Of a DNA stretch of 64,000 bases, positions 1-9,036 are shown one piece after another (position 1 is the stretch's first letter; every line of letters starts with the position of its first letter). The stretch is from Bacillota bacterium (GTDB taxonomy: Bacteria; Bacillota; Clostridia; Christensenellales; CAG-138): NCBI GenBank assembly GCA_023395595.1, contig JAEWYO010000052.1:6617-70616 (forward strand), read 5' to 3'. The position numbers were made by a program, and so were the translations under genes. The notes beneath the pieces are model-generated. The model was not told the DNA's origin, made no database searches, and saw nothing but the letters and a program-made list of their open reading frames with translations.

Positions 1-468
1 CGCGATCTTCTCGACCGATTCGGGGATAAATTTCTGCCCGCCGTAGCCGGGGTTAACCGACATCACCAGCACGAGATCGCAATAGGGCAGAACTTCCTTT
101 GCCGCAATGGCCGGTGTGCCGGGGTTGAGGACGATGCCCGCCTTGCGACCCGCTTCGTGAATCTGCTGTAGCGAACGGTGAAGGTGTTTCTCTGCCTCCA
201 CATGGATGGTGATGATGTCCGCACCCGCCTGGACGAACCACGGAATGAAGCACGAAGGATTTTCCACCATCAGATGCACGTCGATCGGTAGCTTGGTCAG
301 CGGGCGAATAGCAGAAAGAATCGGCGGACCGAAGGAGAGATTTGGCACAAACTGCCCGTCCATCACGTCAAAATGCAGCCAATCTGCACCCCAAGAGGAG
401 AGGGACTGGACATCACGTCCAAGATTGGCAAAATCGGATGCGAGAATGGAAGGGGCAATTTTAATCAT
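1..468 (-). CDS. rpe: ribulose-phosphate 3-epimerase (N-terminal 156 codons; C-terminus lies beyond the left window edge)
   Basis: Absent from the ORF track because no stop lies in the window. Reverse translation from ATG at 466-468 reads MIKIAPSILASDFANLGRDV..HFDVMDGQFVPNLSFGP..VNPGYGGQKF. AGGAGA lies 8 nt upstream. It follows rsgA as in the Bacillus ylo cluster. Confidence 0.9.
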   Translation of the reverse strand, partial: MIKIAPSILASDFANLGRDVQSLSSWGADWLHFDVMDGQFVPNLSFGPPILSAIRPLTKLPIDVHLMVENPSCFIPWFVQAGADIITIHVEAEKHLHRSLQQIHEAGRKAGIVLNPGTPAIAAKEVLPYCDLVLVMSVNPGYGGQKFIPESVEKIA

Positions 469-521
469 GGTTGTGTTCTCCTTTGTGAAACCCATTATGG
501 ATCGATTCTTATTACCAAAGG

Positions 522-1394
522 TTAGTCATATTTGTGCTTGCGTTTTTCTTCAATCTCTTTTTGAATCTCCAGATAACGCGTATAGCGTCCCCGTGAGAGT
601 ATGCCTGTCTCAAGAAGCGCCTTGACCGCGCAGTCCGGCTCCGCATTGTGCCGGCAGCCGGAGAAGCGGCAGTCGGCATAGACGCCATCAAATTCCGGAT
701 AACAGGTGTTCAGCTCATCCTGCGAAAGTTCGCTCATTTCAAAGAGGGAGAAGCCCGGCGTGTCGAGCACCGCCCCGCCGAGAAACGGCCAAAGCTCGGC
801 TTGCCGTGTCGTGTGCTTGCCGCGATCAGTGCGCTTGGCGAGCTCACCTGTCTCCAGCGAGAGCTGCGGAAACAGCGCGTTGAGCAGGGAAGACTTGCCA
901 ACGGCGGATTGTCCAGCAAAGCAGGACACACGGTTTGTCAGAGCACGTTTGAGTGCGTCAATGTTTTCTCCCGTTTGGGAAGAGACGAGTAAAGTTCGAA
1001 ACGCACTGTAGTCTCCCAGAAACTCTTCTTTAATCTCCGGTTTTGCCGAGTCGAGCTTGTTGAGCACAAGCAGCGGTTCGATTTTGAGGGTATGTGCCTG
1101 AATCAGAAGCTTGTCCGCCAGCAGGAAATCTGGCTTTGGCACGCTGGCGGAAAGCACGATGACCAGTAGGTCAATGTTGGAAACCGGCGGTCGAAGCAGC
1201 GCATTAGTGCGTGGGAGGATGTCGTCCATAGCGGCAAAGCCAGTTTCGGGAATTGAAATCTCCACAAGGTCGCCTACCATTGGGGTCAAGCCTTCGTTGC
1301 GAAACCTTCCGCGCGCTTTGCAGCGAATCGTATCGCTGTTTTCCAGCAGAACGTCATAGAATCCACCGATACCTTTGATGATTCGTCCTTGCAT
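522..1394 (-). CDS. rsgA: ribosome small-subunit-dependent GTPase A
   Basis: 290 aa. Circularly permuted GTPase order with VLNKLD (G4) before GQSAVGKSSLLNAL (P-loop). C-terminal zinc motif CRFSGCRHNAEPDC. Confidence 0.9.
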   Translation of the reverse strand: MQGRIIKGIGGFYDVLLENSDTIRCKARGRFRNEGLTPMVGDLVEISIPETGFAAMDDILPRTNALLRPPVSNIDLLVIVLSASVPKPDFLLADKLLIQAHTLKIEPLLVLNKLDSAKPEIKEEFLGDYSAFRTLLVSSQTGENIDALKRALTNRVSCFAGQSAVGKSSLLNALFPQLSLETGELAKRTDRGKHTTRQAELWPFLGGAVLDTPGFSLFEMSELSQDELNTCYPEFDGVYADCRFSGCRHNAEPDCAVKALLETGILSRGRYTRYLEIQKEIEEKRKHKYD

Positions 1395-1399
1395 GTGCG

Positions 1400-3277
1400 T
1401 TACGACGCTTTCGCGGTAAAGGCAAAGTCCTGCCGCTTGACCACAGCACCGTCGCTGAAGAGCACGACCTCTTGCGTGCCTTCCATTTGGGATGTGGCGG
1501 TAAACGAAATCGGGACTTTATCACCCTTTTCGAGCGTCGCTTCATACAAGATCCGGTAATAAGCAAGCCCGTTATAGGTTTCTTGAACAGCCGCCATTAC
1601 CTTTGTGCCGCTGCTCTCAATCGTTAGGTTAAACGCAATGTCGGAACTATATGCATACTCCGGTTTGCCGCAAACGGTCAGTGTTACCGGCATCTCCGGC
1701 AGAACCTGTGTTCCCGGCAACGGATCCTGCAGATAGACGACTCCGTCTTCGACGATATCGCTCTCGGCATATCGCACGAAGATGTTGTTAAATGAAGCGA
1801 GACGTAGTTGATCGAGAATCAGATTCAGCGGAAGATCCATCGAATGCGGCATGTCAAACGTCGTTTCGGAAGACGCGCTGATGACGATATCGATCACTTG
1901 CCCGTTGGTCGTTTCCGTTTCCGGCGGGAGGGACTGTTCGCAGACATAGCCGATGGCGGCCTCGGAGATGCGATAACTCACGTTGCCGAGCACGAGACCG
2001 GTTTCTTCCAATGTATGCCGCGCTTCGTCCGGTGAGAGCCCGATCAGGTTTGGCACCTTTGGCGCGGCGGGCCCGAGGCTGACGATGCCGTAGATTGTAC
2101 TACCATGTTTTGCCTTGGTTCCGCCTTCCGGCGTTTGCAAAATCACGTCGCCGCTTGCAACGGTGTCGCTGTTTTCATAATCCTGAATTTCAAATGTGAA
2201 GCCAAAGTTGGTTGCGCGCAGTTTCGATTCCTCAACCGAACGGTCAACCAGTGTCGGTACCATCTCAAAATCACTTGACTCGGTCTGATAAACATCTCGA
2301 AGCACGACGAATACGCCAATGAGTGCGGCGATCAGCAACCCGACGGTTAAGCCGATTTTCAGTGTTCCATGTGCCGGCTTCTTTTGCGCGGTCTGCTTCT
2401 TCTGTTGCTGCGTCTTTGGCGCGGGAATATAGCGCGCGAAATCGCCCGTCGGCTCCTTTAGTGCGCGCCTAAGATGCGCGCTCATTTCATTTGCCGCGCT
2501 ATAGCGACGATTCACGTCTTTGTTGAGCGCGCGGAGGATGACATCGTTGAGCGCAGGGGAAACCTTGTTGGACAGTTCAATCGGCGGCACCGGCGTGTCG
2601 CTGATGTGCTTAAGGGCAATAGAGACGGAATTGTCCCCGTCAAACGGGACGCGCCCAGTGAGCATTTCATAGAGCATGATGCCCGCGGAATATAAATCGC
2701 TTCCTTCGGTAACGGGCAAACCCTTTGCCTGCTCCGGCGAGAGATAGTGCACGGAACCCAATACCGTAGAACCAGCGAAGGTGACGGTGTTTGCGTCTAC
2801 CTCGCGCGCAATGCCGAAGTCCATGAGCTTGACTTTGCCGCTTTGCATGACGATCACGTTCTGCGGCTTTACGTCGCGGTGAATGATACCCGCCGCGTGC
2901 GCGGCATCCAGCGCGTCGAGCACCTGCACGACGAGCGCGACAGCAATGCGAGAAGGCATCGGCCCGTTTTCGTCGATGATTTCTTTGAGCGTGCGCCCGT
3001 CTACAAACTCCAGCACAATATAAGGCAATCCATCCGTCTCGCCAACATCAAATGCGCGGACGATATTTTCGTGCGAGAGATGGAGTACCGCGCGTGCTTC
3101 GCGCTCAAAGCGGCGTAAAAACTCCGCGTCGTTGCGGTATTCGTCTTTAAGCACCTTGATGGCGACAACCTTGCGAGAGCTGAGATTGACCGCGCGGTAA
3201 ACATGTGCCATACCGCCCGTGCCAATAAGGTCTATGATGCGATATCGATGCCCGATGATGGTTCCCTGTGCAATCAT
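1400..3277 (-). CDS. prkC: PASTA-domain Ser/Thr protein kinase
   Basis: 625 aa. Hanks kinase motifs GTGGMAHVY, VAIK, HRDVKPQN and DFG. One TM segment, then repeated PASTA-like modules. Its start overlaps the phosphatase stop by 4 nt. Confidence 0.92.
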   Translation of the reverse strand: MIAQGTIIGHRYRIIDLIGTGGMAHVYRAVNLSSRKVVAIKVLKDEYRNDAEFLRRFEREARAVLHLSHENIVRAFDVGETDGLPYIVLEFVDGRTLKEIIDENGPMPSRIAVALVVQVLDALDAAHAAGIIHRDVKPQNVIVMQSGKVKLMDFGIAREVDANTVTFAGSTVLGSVHYLSPEQAKGLPVTEGSDLYSAGIMLYEMLTGRVPFDGDNSVSIALKHISDTPVPPIELSNKVSPALNDVILRALNKDVNRRYSAANEMSAHLRRALKEPTGDFARYIPAPKTQQQKKQTAQKKPAHGTLKIGLTVGLLIAALIGVFVVLRDVYQTESSDFEMVPTLVDRSVEESKLRATNFGFTFEIQDYENSDTVASGDVILQTPEGGTKAKHGSTIYGIVSLGPAAPKVPNLIGLSPDEARHTLEETGLVLGNVSYRISEAAIGYVCEQSLPPETETTNGQVIDIVISASSETTFDMPHSMDLPLNLILDQLRLASFNNIFVRYAESDIVEDGVVYLQDPLPGTQVLPEMPVTLTVCGKPEYAYSSDIAFNLTIESSGTKVMAAVQETYNGLAYYRILYEATLEKGDKVPISFTATSQMEGTQEVVLFSDGAVVKRQDFAFTAKAS

Positions 3278-4005
3278 AGCGCGTCACCCTCCTCAAATCG
3301 AACGAGGATGACGGTGATGTTGTCCGTGCCGCCGTTGTCGAGCGCAAGCTGAATCAGCACATCGCACATGCTCTCCAGTGAGCGCCCGGAGGAGAGGACG
3401 GTGATCATATCGTCTTCTTCGACAGAGCCGTGCAATCCGTCGGAGCAGATCACCAGAATGTCTCCCGGTGTCCAAACGCGCTCAAAGAGATCGACATCCA
3501 CCTTCGGTGCAACGCCCATCGCGCGGGTGATGATGTTTCGCTGCGGATGTACGCGCGCTTCGTCTTTTGTGATTGCGCCCGCCAACACGAGCTGCTCAAC
3601 GAGGGAATGATCCGTCGTAACAGCATCCAGCGTTTTATTGTGATATTGATACATGCGGCTGTCGCCAACATTTGCCGCAATATAGTCGTGTCCCAAAATC
3701 AGCGCGGCAACCAGGGTTGTACCCATGCCGCTGAGTGCGCGGTCTTTTTCGGCTGCGCGATAGATGCCGAGATTCGCGCTCTCAATCGCTTGCCGAAGCA
3801 GCTCTAGTTCACGTTCCGGTTCTACCATGCGATCAAACATCGCGAGTTTTTCAACCAAAAGCTTGCTTGCAACAGCACCTGCCGCGTGCCCGCCCATACC
3901 GTCGGCAACTGCAAACAGCATCGGGAATTCGGTTTTCTCCGTGACAAGATAGCTGTCCTCGTTATGGACTCGCTTACCGATGTCAGTTTTCACCGCGTAT
4001 TTCAT
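3274..4005 (-). CDS. prpC: PP2C-family Ser/Thr protein phosphatase (Stp/PrpC type)
   Basis: Motifs DGMGGH and GGTDNITV. I place the start at MKYAVKTDIG (ATG at 4005, GGAGGA 7 nt upstream) rather than the 4134 ORF start, which would overlap rlmN by 150 nt. Confidence 0.88.
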   Translation of the reverse strand: MKYAVKTDIGKRVHNEDSYLVTEKTEFPMLFAVADGMGGHAAGAVASKLLVEKLAMFDRMVEPERELELLRQAIESANLGIYRAAEKDRALSGMGTTLVAALILGHDYIAANVGDSRMYQYHNKTLDAVTTDHSLVEQLVLAGAITKDEARVHPQRNIITRAMGVAPKVDVDLFERVWTPGDILVICSDGLHGSVEEDDMITVLSSGRSLESMCDVLIQLALDNGGTDNITVILVRFEEGDAL

Positions 4006-5032
4006 GCAGAATCCTCCTGCGCAGCTGTCCGCAAGCGCCTTCAATGTCCGTCCCCATTTCTCGGCGGACGGTTGCTGATATGTTCCGCTCCGCAAGACGC
4101 GCGGAAAACTGCTCCGCTTCCGCGCGGGAAACACCGTTGAGTCCCCGCTCTGGAACGGGGTTGAGCGGTATGAGGTTCACGTGGCAAAGTATGCCGCGCA
4201 GTTTCTTCGCCAGCGCGTCCGCATCCGCAAGGGATGCATTCACACCGCCGATGAGTGCATATTCAAACACGACGCGTCTGCCGGTCTTATCCGCATATTC
4301 TTTTGCGGCGGCAATCACACTGTCGATGGGGTATGCATGGTTGACCGGCATTAGGGAAGAGCGGGTTTCGTCGTCATGCGCATGCAGCGAAATCGAGAGC
4401 GTGACATGTGGCGCATCCTGCATGAACTGGCCAATCTTTGGCACAATGCCGCAGGTGGATACCGAGATGTTACGCGGGCTGATGCGAAGCCCGTCCTGAT
4501 CGGTTACACGGTTGAGAAACGCAACCACGTTGTCATAGTTATCCAGCGGTTCTCCGCTGCCCATAAGCACGAGGTTGGTCACTGTGCGATGGCCTGCTTC
4601 CTTCGGCGGCTCATCCCGTTCCACTGCGAGAATCTGACCCAGCATCTCGCCCGGCCGTAGATTGCGCACGCAGCCATCAAGAGTGGAGGCGCAAAATTTG
4701 CAGCCCATGTTGCAGCCAATCTGCGTGGAAAGACAGAGTGTGTTTCCATAATGATAGCGCATCAGCACGCCTTCGACAAGGTTTTCGTCCTCCAGCCGAA
4801 AGAGATACTTGACCGTTCCGTCTTTTCCAGAGAGAAATTTCCGTTCGATCGAAACACCGCCATAGGGGATCGCGGAGAGCTTCTCTCGCAGCGTTGCGGG
4901 CAGATTTGTCATCTCTTCTACGCGTGCGCCGCGGTTGAGCCACTCCCAAACCTGCTTTGCACGGTACTTCGGCTCACACAAATCGAACATGAGACGCTCT
5001 ACTTCGGGTTTGGTTAAATCCGTTAAATACAT
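3983..5032 (-). CDS. rlmN: 23S rRNA/tRNA adenine-C2 methyltransferase, radical SAM
   Basis: Radical-SAM CNMGCKFC motif and a C-terminal GTDIEGACGQL. Start chosen at MYLTDLTKPE (ATG 5032, GAGGA upstream). The longer ORF to 5152 overlaps rsmB. Confidence 0.9.
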   Translation of the reverse strand: MYLTDLTKPEVERLMFDLCEPKYRAKQVWEWLNRGARVEEMTNLPATLREKLSAIPYGGVSIERKFLSGKDGTVKYLFRLEDENLVEGVLMRYHYGNTLCLSTQIGCNMGCKFCASTLDGCVRNLRPGEMLGQILAVERDEPPKEAGHRTVTNLVLMGSGEPLDNYDNVVAFLNRVTDQDGLRISPRNISVSTCGIVPKIGQFMQDAPHVTLSISLHAHDDETRSSLMPVNHAYPIDSVIAAAKEYADKTGRRVVFEYALIGGVNASLADADALAKKLRGILCHVNLIPLNPVPERGLNGVSRAEAEQFSARLAERNISATVRREMGTDIEGACGQLRRRILHEIRGEN

Positions 5033-6297
5033 CTTCTCATCCTCGCTAGAAAAAATCCGTCGGTATGGTGCACATGCGGCAAAAGCTGAATCTGTCCGTC
5101 GTTTGGTAAAGAAATTGGCATTGTTTCCAGAGAAAATTCGCTGTGCGAGCATAAAAACGCGGCAACTTGATCCTCGTTTTCGCGTGCAGAGATCGTGCAG
5201 GTGGCGTAGACTAATACGCCGCCGGGTTTGACATAGCGCGAACAGGTTTCAAGAATACGTTGCTGAATCTCTACAAGCGCGGCAACATCCGCGTCCGTCT
5301 TGCTGTAGCGGATGTCCGGTTTGTCGCCAAGCAGACCAAGCCCGCTGCATGGTGCATCAATCAGCACGCCATCAAACGCCGTATTCCAAGCGGGATCGAA
5401 TTGCGAAGCGTCCATCACGCGTGTATCTGCCGCAACGTGCAGCCGCGCGAGTGTCTTATCGAGCAATTCTTTGCGGTGCGGGTGCAGTTCAAAACAGGTG
5501 AGCTGGATATCGTTTTGCATTTGGCTGGCCAAATAGGCGCTCTTTCCGCCGGGGGCAGAGCAGGCATCCAATACGCGTTTCCCCTTCATATCGCCCAGTG
5601 CACGGCAGGCAAGCATCGCGCTCTCGCCCATCACGGTGAACTTTCCCTCTTGAAAGAGCGGATTGGACGCTAGATCGAACCCGCCTTCGAGCGAAAGGGA
5701 GTTCTCATCGAGCGGATTGACTTTGCTGGAAACGGGGAGCGCCTGCTGCAGTGCATCGCGTGTAAACGGGTACTGCGCGCGCACTTCAATGTCGGAGACA
5801 GGCTGGGAGAGCAACGCTTCTGTCTGCGCCTCACCAAAGCGGGAGATCCATTCGCGTACAATCCATACAGGATAACTATACTGAACTGAAAGTCGCTCGA
5901 CCGGATCGGACGGAAACGGCGGGAGCGAGTTGCGATTGCGATCGATGTTGCGCAAAACCGCGTTGACAAATCCACTCAGACCGGATTTACCGACCTCTTT
6001 GGTGAGCGTAACGCTCTCGTTTAGCGCGGCATGCGCGGGCGTGGAGAGAAACAGCAGCTCGCAAACACCGAGCCGGAGGATGCAGCGAATGACCGGCTTT
6101 TGCGTACCTTTGACAAAGTGGGAGAGATAGTAGTCTATGGTCAGCAGATGGTCAAGCGTATGGTAAACGAGCGCGGCGGCCAATTTAGCCTCGCGCTCCG
6201 GCAGGGACGAAGTGAGTTGTTTGACGCGGAGATTGGCATACGCCCCGCGATCCGTGATATCGCAGAGCGCATCCAGCGCCTGCTTGCGTGTGTTCAA
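5023..6297 (-). CDS. rsmB: 16S rRNA m5C967 methyltransferase
   Basis: 424 aa. NusB-like N-terminal half, SAM-binding DACSAPGGKS, and catalytic cysteines in DAPCSG and ATCT. Confidence 0.9.
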   Translation of the reverse strand: MNTRKQALDALCDITDRGAYANLRVKQLTSSLPEREAKLAAALVYHTLDHLLTIDYYLSHFVKGTQKPVIRCILRLGVCELLFLSTPAHAALNESVTLTKEVGKSGLSGFVNAVLRNIDRNRNSLPPFPSDPVERLSVQYSYPVWIVREWISRFGEAQTEALLSQPVSDIEVRAQYPFTRDALQQALPVSSKVNPLDENSLSLEGGFDLASNPLFQEGKFTVMGESAMLACRALGDMKGKRVLDACSAPGGKSAYLASQMQNDIQLTCFELHPHRKELLDKTLARLHVAADTRVMDASQFDPAWNTAFDGVLIDAPCSGLGLLGDKPDIRYSKTDADVAALVEIQQRILETCSRYVKPGGVLVYATCTISARENEDQVAAFLCSHSEFSLETMPISLPNDGQIQLLPHVHHTDGFFLARMRRCI

Positions 6298-7223
6298 ATG
6301 AGCACCTTTCCTTCCAGTGTCTTTCCGGCAAGATAGCTTTTCGCGCTCAGGCGCTTGCCACCGATTGCCTGCAATTCGACGATCTCAAGCCAATGATCCG
6401 CGCAGCGTACGAATAGCCCGGACTTCGCGTTTCCTTTTAATAGTCCAATCGGTTCATCGCCAACGGTCGCGTCCGTCATGCGCGTTTGATGAATCTTGAG
6501 CGGTTCACCGTCCAGCAAGGCATAGGCGCCGGGCCAAGGGTTCGTTCCGCGCACGCGGTTATGGTTTGCTTGCGCGCTCTGCGCAAAGTCGAGCTTGCCA
6601 TGTTCTTTCTTCAGCATCGGACATTTGGTTGCCTGCGACGCATCCTGCGGGGTGCGGATTAGCGTGCCCGCCTCCAGCGCGGCAATTGTTTTTTGGAGCG
6701 TCTCTGCGCCGAGCACGGCCATGCGTTCAAACAGTTCACCTGCGGTCTCGTCGGGGTCAATCGATAGTCGATCGACGAGCAGAATGTCGCCTGTGTCCAT
6801 GCCGATGTCGGTCATCATGGTGGTGATGCCTGTTTGGGCCTCTCCATCGATGATCGCCCATTGAATCGGAGCCGCACCGCGATATTTCGGCAAGAGCGAA
6901 CCATGCACATTGATACAGCCGAACTTCGGTATTGCAAGGTTTTCCGCGGAAAGCAGCTGCCCGAATGCGGCAGTAACCATCAGGTCCGGCGCGAATGTCT
7001 TGAGTGCAGCAACGCCTTCCGTCAGACGAATCTTCTCAAACTGAAACACGGGGATACCATGCAAAAGGGCATATGCTTTTGTCGGCGGCGGGGTAAGCGT
7101 TGCATGCCGCCCAACCGGACGATCCGGTTGCGTGAAAACGGCGAGTGTATGCCCGCTTTTTTGCAGCATGTCCAGTGACGGGAGCGCAAACTCCGGTGTG
7201 CCGAGAAACGCAATCCTCATCAA
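6294..7223 (-). CDS. fmt: methionyl-tRNA formyltransferase
   Basis: 309 aa with HGSLLPKYRGAAPIQ. 4-nt overlaps with def upstream and rsmB downstream. Confidence 0.93.
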   Translation of the reverse strand: MMRIAFLGTPEFALPSLDMLQKSGHTLAVFTQPDRPVGRHATLTPPPTKAYALLHGIPVFQFEKIRLTEGVAALKTFAPDLMVTAAFGQLLSAENLAIPKFGCINVHGSLLPKYRGAAPIQWAIIDGEAQTGITTMMTDIGMDTGDILLVDRLSIDPDETAGELFERMAVLGAETLQKTIAALEAGTLIRTPQDASQATKCPMLKKEHGKLDFAQSAQANHNRVRGTNPWPGAYALLDGEPLKIHQTRMTDATVGDEPIGLLKGNAKSGLFVRCADHWLEIVELQAIGGKRLSAKSYLAGKTLEGKVLI

Positions 7224-7705
7224 ATGCTCTCCTCTTCGCTTTGTTCGTCGTCAAAGCCTTCCGGCGGTTCGGTTTTCTTCGTGAGGTATACAACACCGTC
7301 AAGATGATCCAGCTCGTGCTGCATCGCGCGTGCATAGAATCCTTCCGTGTCGTAGGTGTGCCATTCGCCCTTGCGATCCTGCGCTTCAACGACAACGTGA
7401 TTCGCGCGCTCGACATAGCCGCTTTGCCCGGGGAAGGACAGGCAACCTTCATAGCCGCCCTGCGTTCCTTCGGAAAGCGTAATGCGTGGGTTCACAAGTT
7501 CAACTCTGCCTTCACCCGCGTCAACAACGACCACACGGCGCAGAATGCCGACCTGCGGCGCAGCGAGACCTGCACCATCTGCGGCATCCATGGTTTCAAA
7601 CATATCGTCGATCAGTTCGGAAAGTCTGCCGTCGAACTTTTCGACCGGCTTGCATACTTTATACAGGCACGGATCATCGTCCGTGCGGATTGTGCGTAAC
7701 GCCAT
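7220..7705 (-). CDS. def: peptide deformylase
   Basis: 161 aa with the three PDF motifs GLAAPQVG, EGCLSFPG and HELDH. Confidence 0.93.
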   Translation of the reverse strand: MALRTIRTDDDPCLYKVCKPVEKFDGRLSELIDDMFETMDAADGAGLAAPQVGILRRVVVVDAGEGRVELVNPRITLSEGTQGGYEGCLSFPGQSGYVERANHVVVEAQDRKGEWHTYDTEGFYARAMQHELDHLDGVVYLTKKTEPPEGFDDEQSEEESI

Positions 7706-7736
7706 TGATCAAAATCCTCCTTTTGTAACCATAGGT

Positions 7737-7765
7737 ATTGTACTAAAAATGGAACACTCTGTAAA
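7737..7765 (-). promoter_or_regulatory. candidate sigma-A promoter of the def-to-rpe operon
   Basis: On the minus strand: TTTACA (7760-7765), 17-nt spacer, TACAAT (7737-7742), about 30 nt upstream of the def ATG. Confidence 0.4.
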
Positions 7766-7863
7766 GAAAAGCGATGGTTGAGCAAAATTCTATCTATGGT
7801 TTAGCTGCGGAATGTTTCGATTCTTGAAGTTGAGTGAAATTCTACTTCTGGTTGGAAAGAATT

Positions 7864-7905
7864 TTACAACTCGCAAAACAGGTTATGTTCAAGAATTACA
7901 ACTTG
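7864..7905 (+). promoter_or_regulatory. two direct repeats TTACAACT(C/T)G spaced 32 nt apart, upstream of the HTH-membrane gene
   Basis: ttacaactcg at 7864-7873 and ttacaacttg at 7896-7905 (9 of 10 identical). The second lies just upstream of an AT-rich -10-like tgcaataat. Confidence 0.35.
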
Positions 7906-7941
7906 TGCAATAATAATCGCATGAAAGAGAGGGGAAAAATC

Positions 7942-8946
7942 ATGGAACAACAATCGATGGGAAAGCGCATCATGCAGTTGCGCAAGGAAAAAGGGTACAC
8001 GCAGGAACAGCTCGCCGAGATGATGGGGGTTTCGGCGCAGGCAGTCAGCAAGTGGGAGAACGACGTGTCCTGCCCGGACATTTCCATTCTCCCGATGTTG
8101 GCGGAAAAGCTTGGCGTGACCACGGATGAACTCCTTGGTGTCAAACCGATTGAGCCGAAGGTCGTCATCGTGGACGCGCAGAAAAGCAATAAGGAAGGGG
8201 ACGGTTCGTTCTCTGTCTCTTGGGATGGCGGAAAGAGCGCAAAGAAGGATGGAGTTTGGTTCGCGGTACTGGTCATTGTGCTCGGCGTGGCATTCCTGCT
8301 CCAGCGGCTCGGTCTCGTTTCGTTCGGCATTTGGGGCATCGTTTGGCCCGCGGTGATCATCGGGCTTGGGGTGAGCTGGATGGTCAAGCGTTTCTCGATC
8401 TTTTCGCTCGCGGTTGCGGGGCTAGGCCTATACTTCCTGCTCTTCAACCTCGGTGAAATCTCGTTGATGCTGACTTGGAGCATTATCTGGCCGAGCCTGC
8501 TCGTGTTGTTGGGGTTAACGATCCTCTATGAAACGTTCATCCCGCACAAAGATAAATGGTGCGGCGTGCACTTCAACGGGGATAAGAACAAGAAGAGCGA
8601 ATACCGCGAAGAGAACGGCTTTGTTAGCTACGACTGTTCGTTTTCAGAAGAGAACCGCAAGGTTGCCGTGGAGGATTTCCTTGGCGGTGACATCGACATT
8701 TCCTTCGGCAAAAGCGAGCTCGACCTCACGAACATCAAGCGCGTGAATCCGAATGCCAAGCTGGATGTGGATGTTTCATTCGCAACGTTTGATCTGATCG
8801 TTCCAAAGACGATGCGCGTTTTCCTAAAGTCCGACAAGTCGTTTGGTTCGATCCAAATGAATGGCGAGCCGAATGCGGACGCAAACCTAGTGCTGAATAT
8901 CGACGGAGACGTTTCATTCGGCACAATGAATATCTATTATCGTTAA
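7942..8946 (+). CDS. membrane-anchored XRE-family HTH protein with 4 TM segments and a LiaF-like beta-rich C-terminal domain
   Basis: Start taken at MEQQSMGKRIMQLRKEKGYTQEQLAEMMGVSAQAVSKWEN (Cro/C1 HTH), ATG 7942 with a GAGAGGGG RBS. Four hydrophobic helices follow, then GGDIDISFGKSELDLT..LDVDVSFATFDLIVP..IDGDVSFGTMNIYY repeats. Confidence 0.75.
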   Translation: MEQQSMGKRIMQLRKEKGYTQEQLAEMMGVSAQAVSKWENDVSCPDISILPMLAEKLGVTTDELLGVKPIEPKVVIVDAQKSNKEGDGSFSVSWDGGKSAKKDGVWFAVLVIVLGVAFLLQRLGLVSFGIWGIVWPAVIIGLGVSWMVKRFSIFSLAVAGLGLYFLLFNLGEISLMLTWSIIWPSLLVLLGLTILYETFIPHKDKWCGVHFNGDKNKKSEYREENGFVSYDCSFSEENRKVAVEDFLGGDIDISFGKSELDLTNIKRVNPNAKLDVDVSFATFDLIVPKTMRVFLKSDKSFGSIQMNGEPNADANLVLNIDGDVSFGTMNIYYR

Positions 8947-8973
8947 AACATCCATCTACATAAGAGATCACGC

Positions 8974-9012
8974 AAAAAGCACCGCACGGATTTGCTCCGG
9001 CGGTGCTTTGCT
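8974..9012. terminator. bidirectional intrinsic terminator between the HTH gene and the TauE gene
   Basis: Perfect 10-bp stem aaagcaccgc (8976-8985) / gcggtgcttt (9000-9009), extended by cgga/tccg. A/T-rich runs on both sides. Confidence 0.7.
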
Positions 9013-9036
9013 GTTTGTCGCAAATGATTCGTTTCC

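Noticed and set aside
3274-5152. Long N-terminal extensions of the phosphatase (to 4134) and rlmN (to 5152) ORFs
   Set aside because: The extensions overlap the upstream gene by 100-150 nt, lack an RBS, and add non-homologous residues. Internal ATGs with a GGAGG-type RBS give canonical N-termini. The same logic was applied to priA, ligA, pcrA, rdgB, padR, SDR2, DUF89, E2, ygfK and the SPFH gene.
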